A stretch of DNA of 64,000 nucleotides from a virus (IMGVR_UViG_3300031996_000001:1-64000); one strand, 5' to 3'. Counted from the stretch's first letter, positions 1 to 8,829 are shown. Numbers and translations: made by a program. The notes: a model not told the origin generated them from the letters alone.

Positions 1-322
1 CCTTGACCAGCAGGGCCGACTGGGAGAGCGCGAGCGCGCGGACCAGGAAGCGCCCCACGGGCCCGGCGGATTCCGCCGCGAGCACTCCCCCACCGGCCCA
101 GACCGACGTGCAGGCGTGGCAGTTCACGGCCGTGTCGACCTTGTCCCAGAAGGCGTGCGGGACCAGCAGGTTGGACCCCAGCGGGCCGGTGCCCACCTCG
201 ACGTCGGCCACCGCGCGGCGCTGGATCCGCTGCCGGATCGGCTCGGTGATCTCGTCTTCCACGACCAGGCGTGTCAACCGCGCGGCGGCCAGGCCGAGGA
301 TGGTCAGCTTCAGGGCGTTCAT
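1..322 (-). CDS. DUF1360-family membrane protein (3' end truncated by window)
   Basis: Hand translation MNALKLTILGLAAARLTRLVVEDEITEPIR...VNCHACTSVWAG matches the RLTRL..D.ITEP / CxxCxSVW pattern; ATGA overlap with upstream gene. Confidence 0.75.
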   Translation of the reverse strand, partial: MNALKLTILGLAAARLTRLVVEDEITEPIRQRIQRRAVADVEVGTGPLGSNLLVPHAFWDKVDTAVNCHACTSVWAGGGVLAAESAGPVGRFLVRALALSQSALLVK

Positions 323-507
323 TCGGGCAGTCGGTCCAGTCTCTCGGCGTGCTCGGTGATCCGGGGCTTGTTCGGGTCCTTGGCGCGCAGGTCGTGGCAG
401 CGCTCGCCGGGGTGGGCGAAGCAGACCGGGCAGGTCACCGCCAGCGCACGCGGGATGAAGTGGGTGGCGCCGCACGCGCTGCAGCGGTACGGCATGTGCC
501 TCGCCAT
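319..507 (-). CDS. Small zinc-finger protein
   Basis: CxxC motifs, CPVCFAHPGERC; coupled to both neighbours. Confidence 0.7.
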   Translation of the reverse strand: MARHMPYRCSACGATHFIPRALAVTCPVCFAHPGERCHDLRAKDPNKPRITEHAERLDRLPE

Positions 508-800
508 CAGACCTTCTCGTGCTCGGAGGCGTAGATCTCGGGGTCTTCCCGACGGAAGCCGGACGCGCCCCGGACCACCCGGTCGCCCTGGCGGACGGTG
601 AACGGTCCCTCCAGGGTCTGCAGGATCAGCTGGTCGACGCCAACCTTCACCGCTCCCCCGTGCTCGGTGATCCAGTCGGCGACCTGCTGGACGTTGTCGG
701 TCGTCAGCACGGCCGACTCCCGGACGACGGGCTTGGCCCGGTGCAGCTCGACTACCAGCGGCTCGACGGTCTCGGTGAACTCGAAGGGCTCCACGGTCAC
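507..800 (-). CDS. Hypothetical phage protein (TLEG..GD.V.RG type)
   Basis: GTG at 800 overlaps upstream TGA; GC3-rich codons. Confidence 0.7.
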   Translation of the reverse strand: MTVEPFEFTETVEPLVVELHRAKPVVRESAVLTTDNVQQVADWITEHGGAVKVGVDQLILQTLEGPFTVRQGDRVVRGASGFRREDPEIYASEHEKV

Positions 801-1033
801 TCCTCGCGTAGGGAGAGCACGGCCATCGTCAGCGCGAGCGCGTCGACCGCCAATGCCTGCTCCAGGGTGGGGCGCCAGACGGTTGACACGACCACGGCCA
901 CGACGGCGGCGATCAGCGCGAAGACGGCGAACCACTGGACCTGGCCCAACCAGTTGACCGTGCGTCGCCAGCGACGGCGGATCTCGTCGCGGTGTCTCGT
1001 TGGCACGCCGGTCAGTTTGTCAGGCGTTGTCAA
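797..1033 (-). CDS. Small membrane protein
   Basis: Hydrophobic segments; TTG start lies inside a GTTGACA box. Confidence 0.6.
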   Translation of the reverse strand: MTTPDKLTGVPTRHRDEIRRRWRRTVNWLGQVQWFAVFALIAAVVAVVVSTVWRPTLEQALAVDALALTMAVLSLREE

Positions 1034-1820
1034 CCAAGAGTGGTCCCACGGCCCCGGCGTGTCCCTTGACGAAGGTCAGGTAGCAGCGGCAGTTCATCCA
1101 GGTGTGCGGCGGCGCCTCGGTGTCGCCGGGGAACCACAGCTTGTGGTCCTCGATGTCCACGAACGGCTCGGCGATCGGCACCCGGTGGAACTCGTACTTG
1201 GGCGCTCCCAGGAAGGCGTGCGCCGGGCGGACCCGGTTGTCGTGCACGTCGTTCCAGACCTTGTAGCGCCAGCCAGCGGCCTCAGCAGCGGCGATCTGCG
1301 CGGTGTGTCGGGTGGCCTGCACGAACGGCAGCGCGATCCGCTCGGGGTCGCTGTAGGTCTTCGCGTGCTCGTGGGCGTGCGGGTCGTAGGGCTCACCGGG
1401 CAGCGAGACACCTGGAGATCCGCCGGTGGCCTCGTCCACCCGGGCCGCGCGGGCGATGTGCTGCGCGGCCGACTTCAGCACCGCCAGCCCGCCGTTGACC
1501 CCGGCCTGCGCGGCCTCGTCGGCGTGCTCCCACAGCCCCTCGGACTGGCGCCTGCCGACCATGTCGCGCTGCTCGCCCAGCGCGCCGTGCGCGAGCTTGA
1601 CCAGCAGCGCGATGATCGCGGCGTCGTAGCCGATCTTGGTGGCCACGGTCAGCGGACTCCCGGCCACCCGTCCACCGGCGCGAGCGAAGGACATCACGCC
1701 CTGGGTGAAGGCGCTCAGCGCGGGCAGTGCGGCGGAGATCGCGGCGTCCTGCGCGGCCCGCACGGCGTCGTCGGTCGCGCTCGGCTTGCGCGGCGGCGGT
1801 GGCTGCTGCGGGGTGGTCAC
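1020..1820 (-). CDS. MuF-like (SPP1 gp7-type) minor head protein
   Basis: C-terminal KVW..VHDNRVRPAH...EPF...FPGD..AP...NCRC; GTG at 1820 overlaps terminase stop. Confidence 0.8.
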   Translation of the reverse strand: MTTPQQPPPPRKPSATDDAVRAAQDAAISAALPALSAFTQGVMSFARAGGRVAGSPLTVATKIGYDAAIIALLVKLAHGALGEQRDMVGRRQSEGLWEHADEAAQAGVNGGLAVLKSAAQHIARAARVDEATGGSPGVSLPGEPYDPHAHEHAKTYSDPERIALPFVQATRHTAQIAAAEAAGWRYKVWNDVHDNRVRPAHAFLGAPKYEFHRVPIAEPFVDIEDHKLWFPGDTEAPPHTWMNCRCYLTFVKGHAGAVGPLLVDNA

Positions 1821-3406
1821 CTGGTGGTCCTCCTGGGCACGGTGAGGGTGGTGCCGAAGTTGCCGAAGCCGCCGATGCCGGGGCGGCGGGCGGCGGCGGC
1901 GGCACCGAGCTGGGTGCGCGGCGCGGTGACGCCCCGGGTCAGCTGCGAGCGGGCGTCGATGCGCGTGCCGACGGGGGAGAGGTGGCTCGAAGCGCCGGGC
2001 ACCCCGCCCTTGACCAGGGCCTGCGGGAACAGCAGCGCCGACAGGCCGTGCACCACGGCGTCCAGCCGGTCGGGGGAGTAGCCGGAGTCCGTCGGGGTCC
2101 AGGTGGTGAGCTGGTCCTCCAGGTCCGGCAGCGAGTGCAGGTGGTGCACCCGGCCGCGCTCGTAGGCCGCGCCGACCGGCTCGGCGCGGATCGCCTTGGC
2201 CTTCGTGGACCAGACCTCGCGGATCTGCGGCGGGGGCACGTTGGCCGCCGCCGCGCACTCCTTCAGCACCCGGCGGACCAGCGAGCCGCCCTGGTTGTTC
2301 TCCACGATCACCGTGGCGCCGTGCTTGTGCGCGGCCTTGACCACGCGGTCTCCCCAGACGGTGGGGGAGGCCTTCAGCGACAGGTCGGAGACGACGTAGG
2401 CGTGCCGGTTGAGGATCGGCATGGTCAGCGGCGCGTAGATCACGACGATGCCGCACTCGTCGTTGGGCTTCTCCGCGACCGAGGGGTCCACCGAGATGAT
2501 CTTGACCCAGCGCTTGCCCTCCAGCTTGGGCAGCCCCGTGACGCGGTGCGCGTCGATGGTCTCCATGTCAACCGTCGCGCCCTCGACGGAGTCGAGCATC
2601 AGGCCTTCCAGCTCCTGAGCGCCCAGCGTCGTGCCGCCGTAGAGGCTGAACAGCGTGTTCAGGTAGGACTGGGACAGCTTGACGTTGTCCGTGGTCTTGC
2701 CCGTGCGCAGCAGCATCTTGCCGACGTTCTCGGCGATCTCGGCCAGCAGGGCGCGCAGGATCGGGACCCGCTTCGGGGTCGTCGTGGCGATCAGCTGGGG
2801 GAGCAGCCCGAGACGGGTGGCGATCCGGAGGTTGGTCCAGGCGTCCAGCTCGCCCTGGCCCTTGACCTGCTTGTATGCCGCGATCTCGTCGCCCCAGCCG
2901 ACGTGGAACTGGGGGCCACGCAGCTGGTCGGGCTCCTCAGCGGAGAAGCACAGCGCGAACCCGCCGCCGGGCAGGTTGACACGGCGCTGGGTGGAGATCC
3001 ACTCGATCTGGTCCTGCTCGGACGGCGGGTAGATGTTCAGCAGCCCGGACTGGCCGTTGAGGATCGTGTCGCGGACGTCGGCGGCCGTGCGGCCCAGCAG
3101 CGCCACACGCAGCTGCTGACCGGGATCGCGGCCCAGGGTGTGCCACTTCTTGTCGATCTCGCGGATGTACTGCGACCCGGCGAGGGTCTTGCCCCAACCA
3201 CGGCCCGCGTTGAGCAGGCCCAGCTCCCACTCGTACTCCGCCTCGCCCATCGGGCCGACCGGCAGGATCTGGGAGGGGCGCCCGTTCCACTTCCAGTCGT
3301 AGGGCAGGTCCTCCAGCTGCTCGTCGCTCAGCGCGTCGAGGAGGGCGTCCTGCGCGTCCTTGGGCAGCAGCGCGACCTGCTGCTCCAGCGACAGGTCGGT
3401 TGACAC
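1817..3406 (-). CDS. terL: Terminase large subunit
   Basis: Walker A GRGWGKT, DQLRGPQF, Walker B-like DE, C-terminal nuclease (DP, DECG, PDRLDA); TAGCCT -10 six nt before GTG suggests leaderless. Confidence 0.93.
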   Translation of the reverse strand: MSTDLSLEQQVALLPKDAQDALLDALSDEQLEDLPYDWKWNGRPSQILPVGPMGEAEYEWELGLLNAGRGWGKTLAGSQYIREIDKKWHTLGRDPGQQLRVALLGRTAADVRDTILNGQSGLLNIYPPSEQDQIEWISTQRRVNLPGGGFALCFSAEEPDQLRGPQFHVGWGDEIAAYKQVKGQGELDAWTNLRIATRLGLLPQLIATTTPKRVPILRALLAEIAENVGKMLLRTGKTTDNVKLSQSYLNTLFSLYGGTTLGAQELEGLMLDSVEGATVDMETIDAHRVTGLPKLEGKRWVKIISVDPSVAEKPNDECGIVVIYAPLTMPILNRHAYVVSDLSLKASPTVWGDRVVKAAHKHGATVIVENNQGGSLVRRVLKECAAAANVPPPQIREVWSTKAKAIRAEPVGAAYERGRVHHLHSLPDLEDQLTTWTPTDSGYSPDRLDAVVHGLSALLFPQALVKGGVPGASSHLSPVGTRIDARSQLTRGVTAPRTQLGAAAAARRPGIGGFGNFGTTLTVPRRTTR

Positions 3407-3468
3407 GCGGTCAGGCTATCGACACCGAGGGTGACGGCCGGTCCTTTGTAGGTCGACGGCCCAGACGA

Positions 3469-3675
3469 AAGCCCGGTCCGCATCGCAACGAGGCTGTGCG
3501 CGGACCGGGCTTCCTGATCAGTACCACCGCTGAGGCGGGTCTTCCCCACCCGTGGGTCCCCAGCTGATCGAGCCTAGAAGGGCCCGGAAACGGCTGGGGC
3601 CCACCCCCGACGCAGACAGGGGGGTGGGCCCACGCAACAGCAGCAGCCGCCGATGCGCAGTAGGAGACTACTGCG
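3469..3675. ncRNA. Candidate structured RNA / terminator cluster
   Basis: 13-bp stem 3469-3481/3500-3512; CCG-GAAA-CGG 3584-3593; 12-bp stem 3597-3631 with loop GACGCAGACAG; 8-bp stem with GAGA loop 3656-3675. Confidence 0.45.
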
Positions 3676-3687
3676 GATCGTTGGTGG

Positions 3688-4587
3688 TTACCAGCGTGCT
3701 CCTCGGGCCGCGAACGCGGCCTTGCACTTCGGGCCGATGTTGCGCCCGTCGCCGCCGTCGAACCCGCACTGCTTCGCCGCCGCGCGCACCACGGCTGCGG
3801 TCTGGTCGCCGTAGTAGCCGGTGACCGGCAGCAGCGGCAGGTTCGGGACCCAGTTGTAGGCGTTCGACCACTTCTGGAACAGCGCGACGTGCGAGCTGGT
3901 CTGCCCGTAGGCCAGTGAGGGCAGCGTGTTCGGGTCGAAGACCGGCGGCGGCGGCGGCGGGGGAGCGGCGTTGACGTAGGCCGGACGGCCCCATCCGGCG
4001 ACGCAGGCCATCGAGCGAGCGCGCCGCCAGACACCGCCGCCCATGCCCTGGTTGCCGGTGCCCGACGGCGGGGTGGTGTTGCCCTCGATGGTCTGGATGC
4101 GGCCGTCGGGGAGCTTCGCCTCCACGATGCCGACGTGGTCGATCCGCCCCTCCTGGCCGGGGTTGACGAACCCGCCGAGGCCCCAGTCGAAGAAGACGAC
4201 GTCGCCGACCTGCAGGTCATCCGGCGCCTGGTGGTGGTCCTCGAACCACTTGAAGAAGGTCGGCGTGTAGGCCGACTTCGGGATCAGGTTGCCGACCCCG
4301 GCGTGGTTGAACACCCACCAGACGAACTCGGCACACCAGGCCACCCGGTCCCAGCCGTAGTAGATGCCGTAGGGGTTGGACCCGTCGGCGGCCTCGACCG
4401 TGCCGATCTGGGAGGCGGCGACCGCCAGGACGGCGGCCTGCTGCGGACCGACCACGCGCCGGGCCAGCTCCTCGGGAGCCAGCGTCTCGCCGGTCTGCAC
4501 GGGCTGGGGGCCGTCGCCCTCGTACCAGCCGTTGTTGGTCTGGCGGACCTTGTCGTCGTCCTGGGTCAGGTCTTCTGCCTCGGTCAC
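3688..4587 (-). CDS. Endolysin, CHAP domain plus C-terminal peptidoglycan-binding-like domain
   Basis: WCAEFV, HVGIV, TIEGNT motifs; Pro linker; GGAGAG RBS before GTG 4587. Confidence 0.88.
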   Translation of the reverse strand: MTEAEDLTQDDDKVRQTNNGWYEGDGPQPVQTGETLAPEELARRVVGPQQAAVLAVAASQIGTVEAADGSNPYGIYYGWDRVAWCAEFVWWVFNHAGVGNLIPKSAYTPTFFKWFEDHHQAPDDLQVGDVVFFDWGLGGFVNPGQEGRIDHVGIVEAKLPDGRIQTIEGNTTPPSGTGNQGMGGGVWRRARSMACVAGWGRPAYVNAAPPPPPPPVFDPNTLPSLAYGQTSSHVALFQKWSNAYNWVPNLPLLPVTGYYGDQTAAVVRAAAKQCGFDGGDGRNIGPKCKAAFAARGARW

Positions 4588-4601
4588 GTTCTCTCCGTTC
4601 G

Positions 4602-5651
4602 TCAGAGCTTCCAGGCCCCGCCGACGCGCTTGTTGACGGTGGCCTGCTTCCACACGCCACCGACCCGCACGAAGGCGATGGCGTCCTTCCAGACCCCGGA
4701 CTGGCGCACCTTGGCGCCGGACAGGGTCTTGCTGCTCACCGAGGTCGACCAGGCGCCGTAGCCGTTCGGCGTGTTGGCCCGCACGCGGATGTAGTAGGTC
4801 GTCCCGGGGGTCAGCCCGGTGATGCTGCGCGAGGTCGCCCAGCTGGTCCCGGTGAGCGTCTGCACCACGTTGCTGAAGGCCGAGTCGGTGGCGACCTGCA
4901 CCTGGTAGCCGCTCGGCGTCGGCCCGACCCCGGGCGCGGCCCAGTTGGCCGTGGCGCTCGTCGCGGCCACGTTCGAGAGGGTCGGCGTGCCCGCCTTGAA
5001 CGGGTCAGCGGTGAACGACCCGGTGCCCGACCAGCCCGACCAGCCCGCGCCGTTGTGCGCGGCGGTGCGCATGTAGTACGTGACGCCCGGGGCGAAGATG
5101 TCCAGGCTGCGGCCGGTCCAGCCGGGCGTCTGGTTGTCGTAGACCAGGTTGCCGAAGTTGGTCGTGCCGATCTGCAGCCAGGTGTAGTCCGGGCTGGAAC
5201 CGCCGACGTCGGCCGGGTAGCCCCAGCCGAAGTCGGCGTGGTTGCCGGTGACGCTGCTGGCGGTGGGCGTGCCCGGGGGAGAGGTGACCCGGATCGGCTT
5301 GGCGGGCAGCGACCAGTCCCAGGCGAAGGACGGACCCGCGCCGAGGTAGACCCCGTTGAGGACGGCAGCGAAGTGGTAGGTCGGACCGCCGCCGTAGCTC
5401 TGGCCCTGGTTGTAGATCGTCCAGCCGAAGGTGGTGTCGCCGTTGGCGCCCTCGGTGTTCTGGAAGTTCCAGGTGTTGCTCTGCGGGCTGGTCATCACCA
5501 GCGACTGCGCGTCGTTGAAGTTCCACGACGAGTCGCACTGGACGTGCCACGTCATGTAGACGTTGATCGACGGGGTGTAGCTGTCGTAGCCGTCGGTCCA
5601 GACGTCCAGGCCGATGCGCAGGTGGTTGGTGAACCCACCCCAGACGGTCAC
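4602..5651 (-). CDS. Minor tail protein with two FN3-like domains
   Basis: PGTPT..WGYP / TYYIRVRA.T.NGYGAWS; C-terminal VRVGGVWK repeats. Confidence 0.75.
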   Translation of the reverse strand: MTVWGGFTNHLRIGLDVWTDGYDSYTPSINVYMTWHVQCDSSWNFNDAQSLVMTSPQSNTWNFQNTEGANGDTTFGWTIYNQGQSYGGGPTYHFAAVLNGVYLGAGPSFAWDWSLPAKPIRVTSPPGTPTASSVTGNHADFGWGYPADVGGSSPDYTWLQIGTTNFGNLVYDNQTPGWTGRSLDIFAPGVTYYMRTAAHNGAGWSGWSGTGSFTADPFKAGTPTLSNVAATSATANWAAPGVGPTPSGYQVQVATDSAFSNVVQTLTGTSWATSRSITGLTPGTTYYIRVRANTPNGYGAWSTSVSSKTLSGAKVRQSGVWKDAIAFVRVGGVWKQATVNKRVGGAWKL

Positions 5652-5661
5652 TGCTCAGCCC

Positions 5662-6006
5662 TCACGAAGCGGGCTGGAACCAGACCGTGCCGTCGGGAAC
5701 CGCGCCCGGGTCGGCCGTCTGGACGAAGGTCGCACGCATGGCCACCCAGGTGGTGCCGCCGGTGAAGCACATGAGCGAGCTGAGGTCGGTGCGGGTGAAC
5801 GTGTCCCCGGGCATCACCGAGGCGCCGGTCGGATAGGCGGTGCCCGAGCCCCAGTAGTAGTTGGGCATCCGGGTCACGCCGGTCGGCAGCGAGCGGCTGT
5901 AGAAGTAGTCCTCGACGGCCTGCGCGAGCGAGGAGAGCGCGGCCGGTCCGTCGGCGCCGTCCCCCGCCTCGGGGTAGGGCAGCTTCAGGTTCGCAGTGGT
6001 CCCCAT
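5662..6006 (-). CDS. Minor tail protein (paralogue of 6008-6700)
   Basis: N-terminus MGTTANLKLPYPE typical of actinophage minor tails. Confidence 0.7.
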   Translation of the reverse strand: MGTTANLKLPYPEAGDGADGPAALSSLAQAVEDYFYSRSLPTGVTRMPNYYWGSGTAYPTGASVMPGDTFTRTDLSSLMCFTGGTTWVAMRATFVQTADPGAVPDGTVWFQPAS

Positions 6007-6007
6007 G

Positions 6008-6700
6008 TCAGCCCGCCGTCCCGATCGCTACCCAGTTGAAGGTCAGGGTTCCGGCCACCGGGGCGCCGCCGGTCTGCGACGTCCAGCGGGCGAACACCTC
6101 CGCCACGGTCGTCGTGGTGGTGTCGCAGAACAGCTGCCAGCTGTAGGCCACGCCGGTGGTGGAGATGAGCGTGAGCTGCACGTTCGGCGGCTGCGCGAAG
6201 GTGGCCCCGAAGGCGATCTCGACCGAGCCGAAGGTGCCCGCCGCGCCGATGGTGATCGTGCCGGTGCCGCTGCGGATCAGCGAGCGGTTGCGGACGTTCC
6301 AGGTGCCGGTGCCGTCCCACTCGTAGGTCACGTTCGTGTCGACCTGGCGGACCGTGAAGCCGGAGTGGAGCAGCGAGGCGTTGGCGCCGGTGGACAGCGC
6401 CAGCCGCGCCGTCTGGCTGGCCACGTCGGTGGTCTCGGCCTGCCGCCAGGCGCTGCCGTTCCAGCGCATCAGCGCGGGGCCCAGGCCCTGGTGGGTGAAG
6501 GTGTCCCCGGTGGCCACGCCGGTCGGGAACGACGACCCGGCGCCCCAGTTGTAGACCGGCATCCGGGTGATCCCGGCGGGGAGGATGCGCCGGTAGAAGA
6601 AGTCCTCGACCCCCTGCGCGAGCGCATCGAAGGACGACGGCCCGTCCACGGCGTCCGTCAGCTCCGGGTACGGGAGCTTCAGGTTCGTGGTGACGCCCAA
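6008..6700 (-). CDS. Minor tail protein, possible C-terminal H-lectin-like domain
   Basis: MGVTTNLKLPYPE; C-terminal F..TFAQPPNV....FNWVAIG. Confidence 0.7.
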   Translation of the reverse strand: MGVTTNLKLPYPELTDAVDGPSSFDALAQGVEDFFYRRILPAGITRMPVYNWGAGSSFPTGVATGDTFTHQGLGPALMRWNGSAWRQAETTDVASQTARLALSTGANASLLHSGFTVRQVDTNVTYEWDGTGTWNVRNRSLIRSGTGTITIGAAGTFGSVEIAFGATFAQPPNVQLTLISTTGVAYSWQLFCDTTTTTVAEVFARWTSQTGGAPVAGTLTFNWVAIGTAG

Positions 6701-6864
6701 GGCGGTCCCTCCCGATAGCAGGCAGTGACCTCGCGGTCACGTAGAAGCTACCGGTGCCGATCACGTCCAGTGTCCCGGCCGGGACGGAGCGCTATGCCAC
6801 TCTGGCGACTGGCGCACCCCGGCGGTGTGGGCTCAGGTCCCGCCGGGGTGCGCAAGCCATCGTG

Positions 6865-7050
6865 TCAACCGCCGTCGGAGCCGTGCCCCTGGACTCCGGA
6901 GACCATCGCCGCCAGCGCCCGCCCCACCATCTCCAGGGCCTGGATCTCGGTGAACCCCTCCTGGACCAGGGCGATGTGCATCTGGCGGAGCATCCGAGCC
7001 AGCTGGCGGTAGTCGGCACCGGGTTCCTTGTCCTGGAAGGGGCGGCTCAC
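6865..7050 (-). CDS. Hypothetical protein
   Basis: GTGA coupling; ALVQEGFTEIQAL motif; stop codon lies within a box. Confidence 0.65.
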   Translation of the reverse strand: MSRPFQDKEPGADYRQLARMLRQMHIALVQEGFTEIQALEMVGRALAAMVSGVQGHGSDGG

Positions 7051-7364
7051 GCCTCGACCGTCGATCCGTCGATCTCCGAACCGACTCGCTCCAGCTCGGC
7101 GGCCATCTGCAGCAGCGTGTCGTGGCGCAGGAACAGCATGGTGCGCTCGGTCTGGCCCAGGCCCTCGGCCCGGCTGCCCGCGTCGTACATCTTCGACCAC
7201 TCGCGCAGGTAGGTCTTCAGGACGTCGGCGATCGTCGTGTCAACCGTCGCCGGGTCGGCCAGCCGGTTCTTCAGCAGCGCCCTGGCCCGGCGCATCCCGT
7301 CGTCGTGCGCCCGCGCCATCGGCGACCGGCCGCCGAGGATGACAGCGCCCTGGAGGTCACTCAT
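7047..7364 (-). CDS. Hypothetical protein
   Basis: Coupled ORF, coding-like codons. Confidence 0.65.
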   Translation of the reverse strand: MSDLQGAVILGGRSPMARAHDDGMRRARALLKNRLADPATVDTTIADVLKTYLREWSKMYDAGSRAEGLGQTERTMLFLRHDTLLQMAAELERVGSEIDGSTVEA

Positions 7365-7773
7365 CGCGGATCGTCACCGTCGGCACGCACGCCTGACCGG
7401 GCCAGTGCCAGGTCAGCTCGTCCCCGGGGTCACCGGGGTTGAACGGGGCGTAGGGGATCTCGTTGGCCCAGCGGACGGTGCCGGGGACCGAGGTGTCCTT
7501 GACGAAGCGGTCGTTGATCCGGCCCCGGGGCTGGAAGACGACCAGGTCGAGCTTGAAGTCGGGGTCCAGCGGGTTGTCCGCGAGGATGTCCACCACGGTG
7601 GCGGCCATGCAGCGGCCCTTGCCACGGAAGTGCACGACCGCACCCTCGATCGGGTGCGCCACGAACTCCTGGGGAGCCTCGCCTTCCGGGACGTCTGCGT
7701 CGGGCCCGAGAGTCAGGCCGGGTTCTGAGGTCATGGCCCGAGTCTGGCACGTCGCTGTCAACCAATCGGGCAC
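7357..7773 (-). CDS. Hypothetical phage protein (start 7773 or 7734)
   Basis: GAVVHF..C.AA.V..LDLVVF.P.G...WHWP pattern. Confidence 0.65.
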   Translation of the reverse strand: MPDWLTATCQTRAMTSEPGLTLGPDADVPEGEAPQEFVAHPIEGAVVHFRGKGRCMAATVVDILADNPLDPDFKLDLVVFQPRGRINDRFVKDTSVPGTVRWANEIPYAPFNPGDPGDELTWHWPGQACVPTVTIRDE

Positions 7774-7780
7774 ACCGGGT

Positions 7781-7817
7781 GGTATGGCTTGACGTGTCAA
7801 CAATGTCAACGTATGGT
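7781..7817. promoter_or_regulatory. Overlapping divergent promoters with tandem boxes
   Basis: +: TTGACG-17-TATGGT, then 6 nt to ATG 7824; -: TTGACA-17-CATACC; boxes at 7795 and 7804. Confidence 0.75.
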
Positions 7818-7823
7818 GAGTGC

Positions 7824-8096
7824 ATGACGCAGACAGGACAGCTCGTGGAGCTGAAGTGGGGCACGTTCATCGCCGACCTCGGGGACACGCCCCGGGCAGG
7901 CATCGAGCACTGGGTGGACAGCTGGAAGCTGCTGTTCCGCCAGACCGAGCCGGAGGGCATGGCCATCGTCAACCGGGTCTTCATCGGCCGCACCGGCCGG
8001 GTGGTCCTGGAGGTCCTGGCGATCGACCCCGACGCGGCCGTGGCCAAGGCCTACGAGATGTGCGACAACGAGGGACCGGAGGTGCAGCCGCTGTGA
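7824..8096 (+). CDS. Hypothetical protein, leaderless (MTQT start)
   Basis: ATG 6 nt after -10. Confidence 0.7.
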   Translation: MTQTGQLVELKWGTFIADLGDTPRAGIEHWVDSWKLLFRQTEPEGMAIVNRVFIGRTGRVVLEVLAIDPDAAVAKAYEMCDNEGPEVQPL

Positions 8097-8740
8097 CCAG
8101 GGGACTTCTGATCGTGGACGTGCAGACCGACTTCTGCGAGGGCGGTCGGCTCGGGGTCGAAGGCGGCAACGCCGTCGCGGCCGACGTGGGCAAGGTGCTG
8201 ATGGACCGCCCCGGGCTCTACACCCACATCTTCGTCAGCCAGGACTGGCACAACCCGCCGCCGGACGACAACGGCGGGCACTTCGCGCTCGACGGTCACC
8301 CGGACTTCATCAAGTCCTGGCCGGTCCACTGCGTGGCGAACACGCCGGGCTCGGACGTCCACCCGGTGCTGATGTCCGCGCTGGCCGGGCTCGGGTCTAC
8401 CGGGGGCGTGACCTACGTCCGCAAGGGCCAGGGTCGGCCGGACTACTCGGCCTTCCAGGGTCTGGTGACCAACGACGAGAGGCCGCTGACCTGGGGCCTG
8501 AGCACCCACGGCGTGACCAGCCTGGACATCGTCGGGATCGCCACCGACCACTGCGTGCTCGCCTCCGGCCGGGACGCCCTGACGCTGCTCCACCAGCACC
8601 AGGGGGCCAAGCCGGGCGGGCTGCGCGAGGTCCGGGTCGTCACCGACCTCTGCGCCGGTGTCAACCAGGACGCCAGCCGGGAGGCGCTGAAGGAGCTGGA
8701 GACCTTCGGGGTGGTTCTCACCAAGGCCCGCTACTTGTAG
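8093..8740 (+). CDS. pncA: Nicotinamidase/pyrazinamidase (isochorismatase fold)
   Basis: IVDVQTDF, QDWH, WPVHCV, K-G...YSAF, GIATDHCV: catalytic D/K/C and metal ligands. Confidence 0.88.
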   Translation: MTRGLLIVDVQTDFCEGGRLGVEGGNAVAADVGKVLMDRPGLYTHIFVSQDWHNPPPDDNGGHFALDGHPDFIKSWPVHCVANTPGSDVHPVLMSALAGLGSTGGVTYVRKGQGRPDYSAFQGLVTNDERPLTWGLSTHGVTSLDIVGIATDHCVLASGRDALTLLHQHQGAKPGGLREVRVVTDLCAGVNQDASREALKELETFGVVLTKARYL

Positions 8741-8788
8741 TCTCGGGCCGCGCGGTATCCGTGACCCCGGTACCGCGCCCACTTCATC

Positions 8789-8829
8789 GAGGGCCCGTTC
8801 TCCCAGCACACGCGGGAGGGCGGGCCCTC
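8789..8829 (+). terminator. Hairpin terminator after pncA
   Basis: GAGGGCCCG...CGGGCCCTC followed by AGTCTTT. Confidence 0.55.

Noticed and set aside
3564-3594. Hammerhead ribozyme (CTGATCGA...GAAA)
   Set aside because: Core spacing is not CUGANGA and stems I/III are not evident
133-6344. Box as a by-product of SalI (GTCGAC) avoidance or 5mC deamination
   Set aside because: TGTCGACC persists (133, 6337 and others), RLT-type sites cannot arise synonymously from GTCGAC, and boxes cluster at promoters
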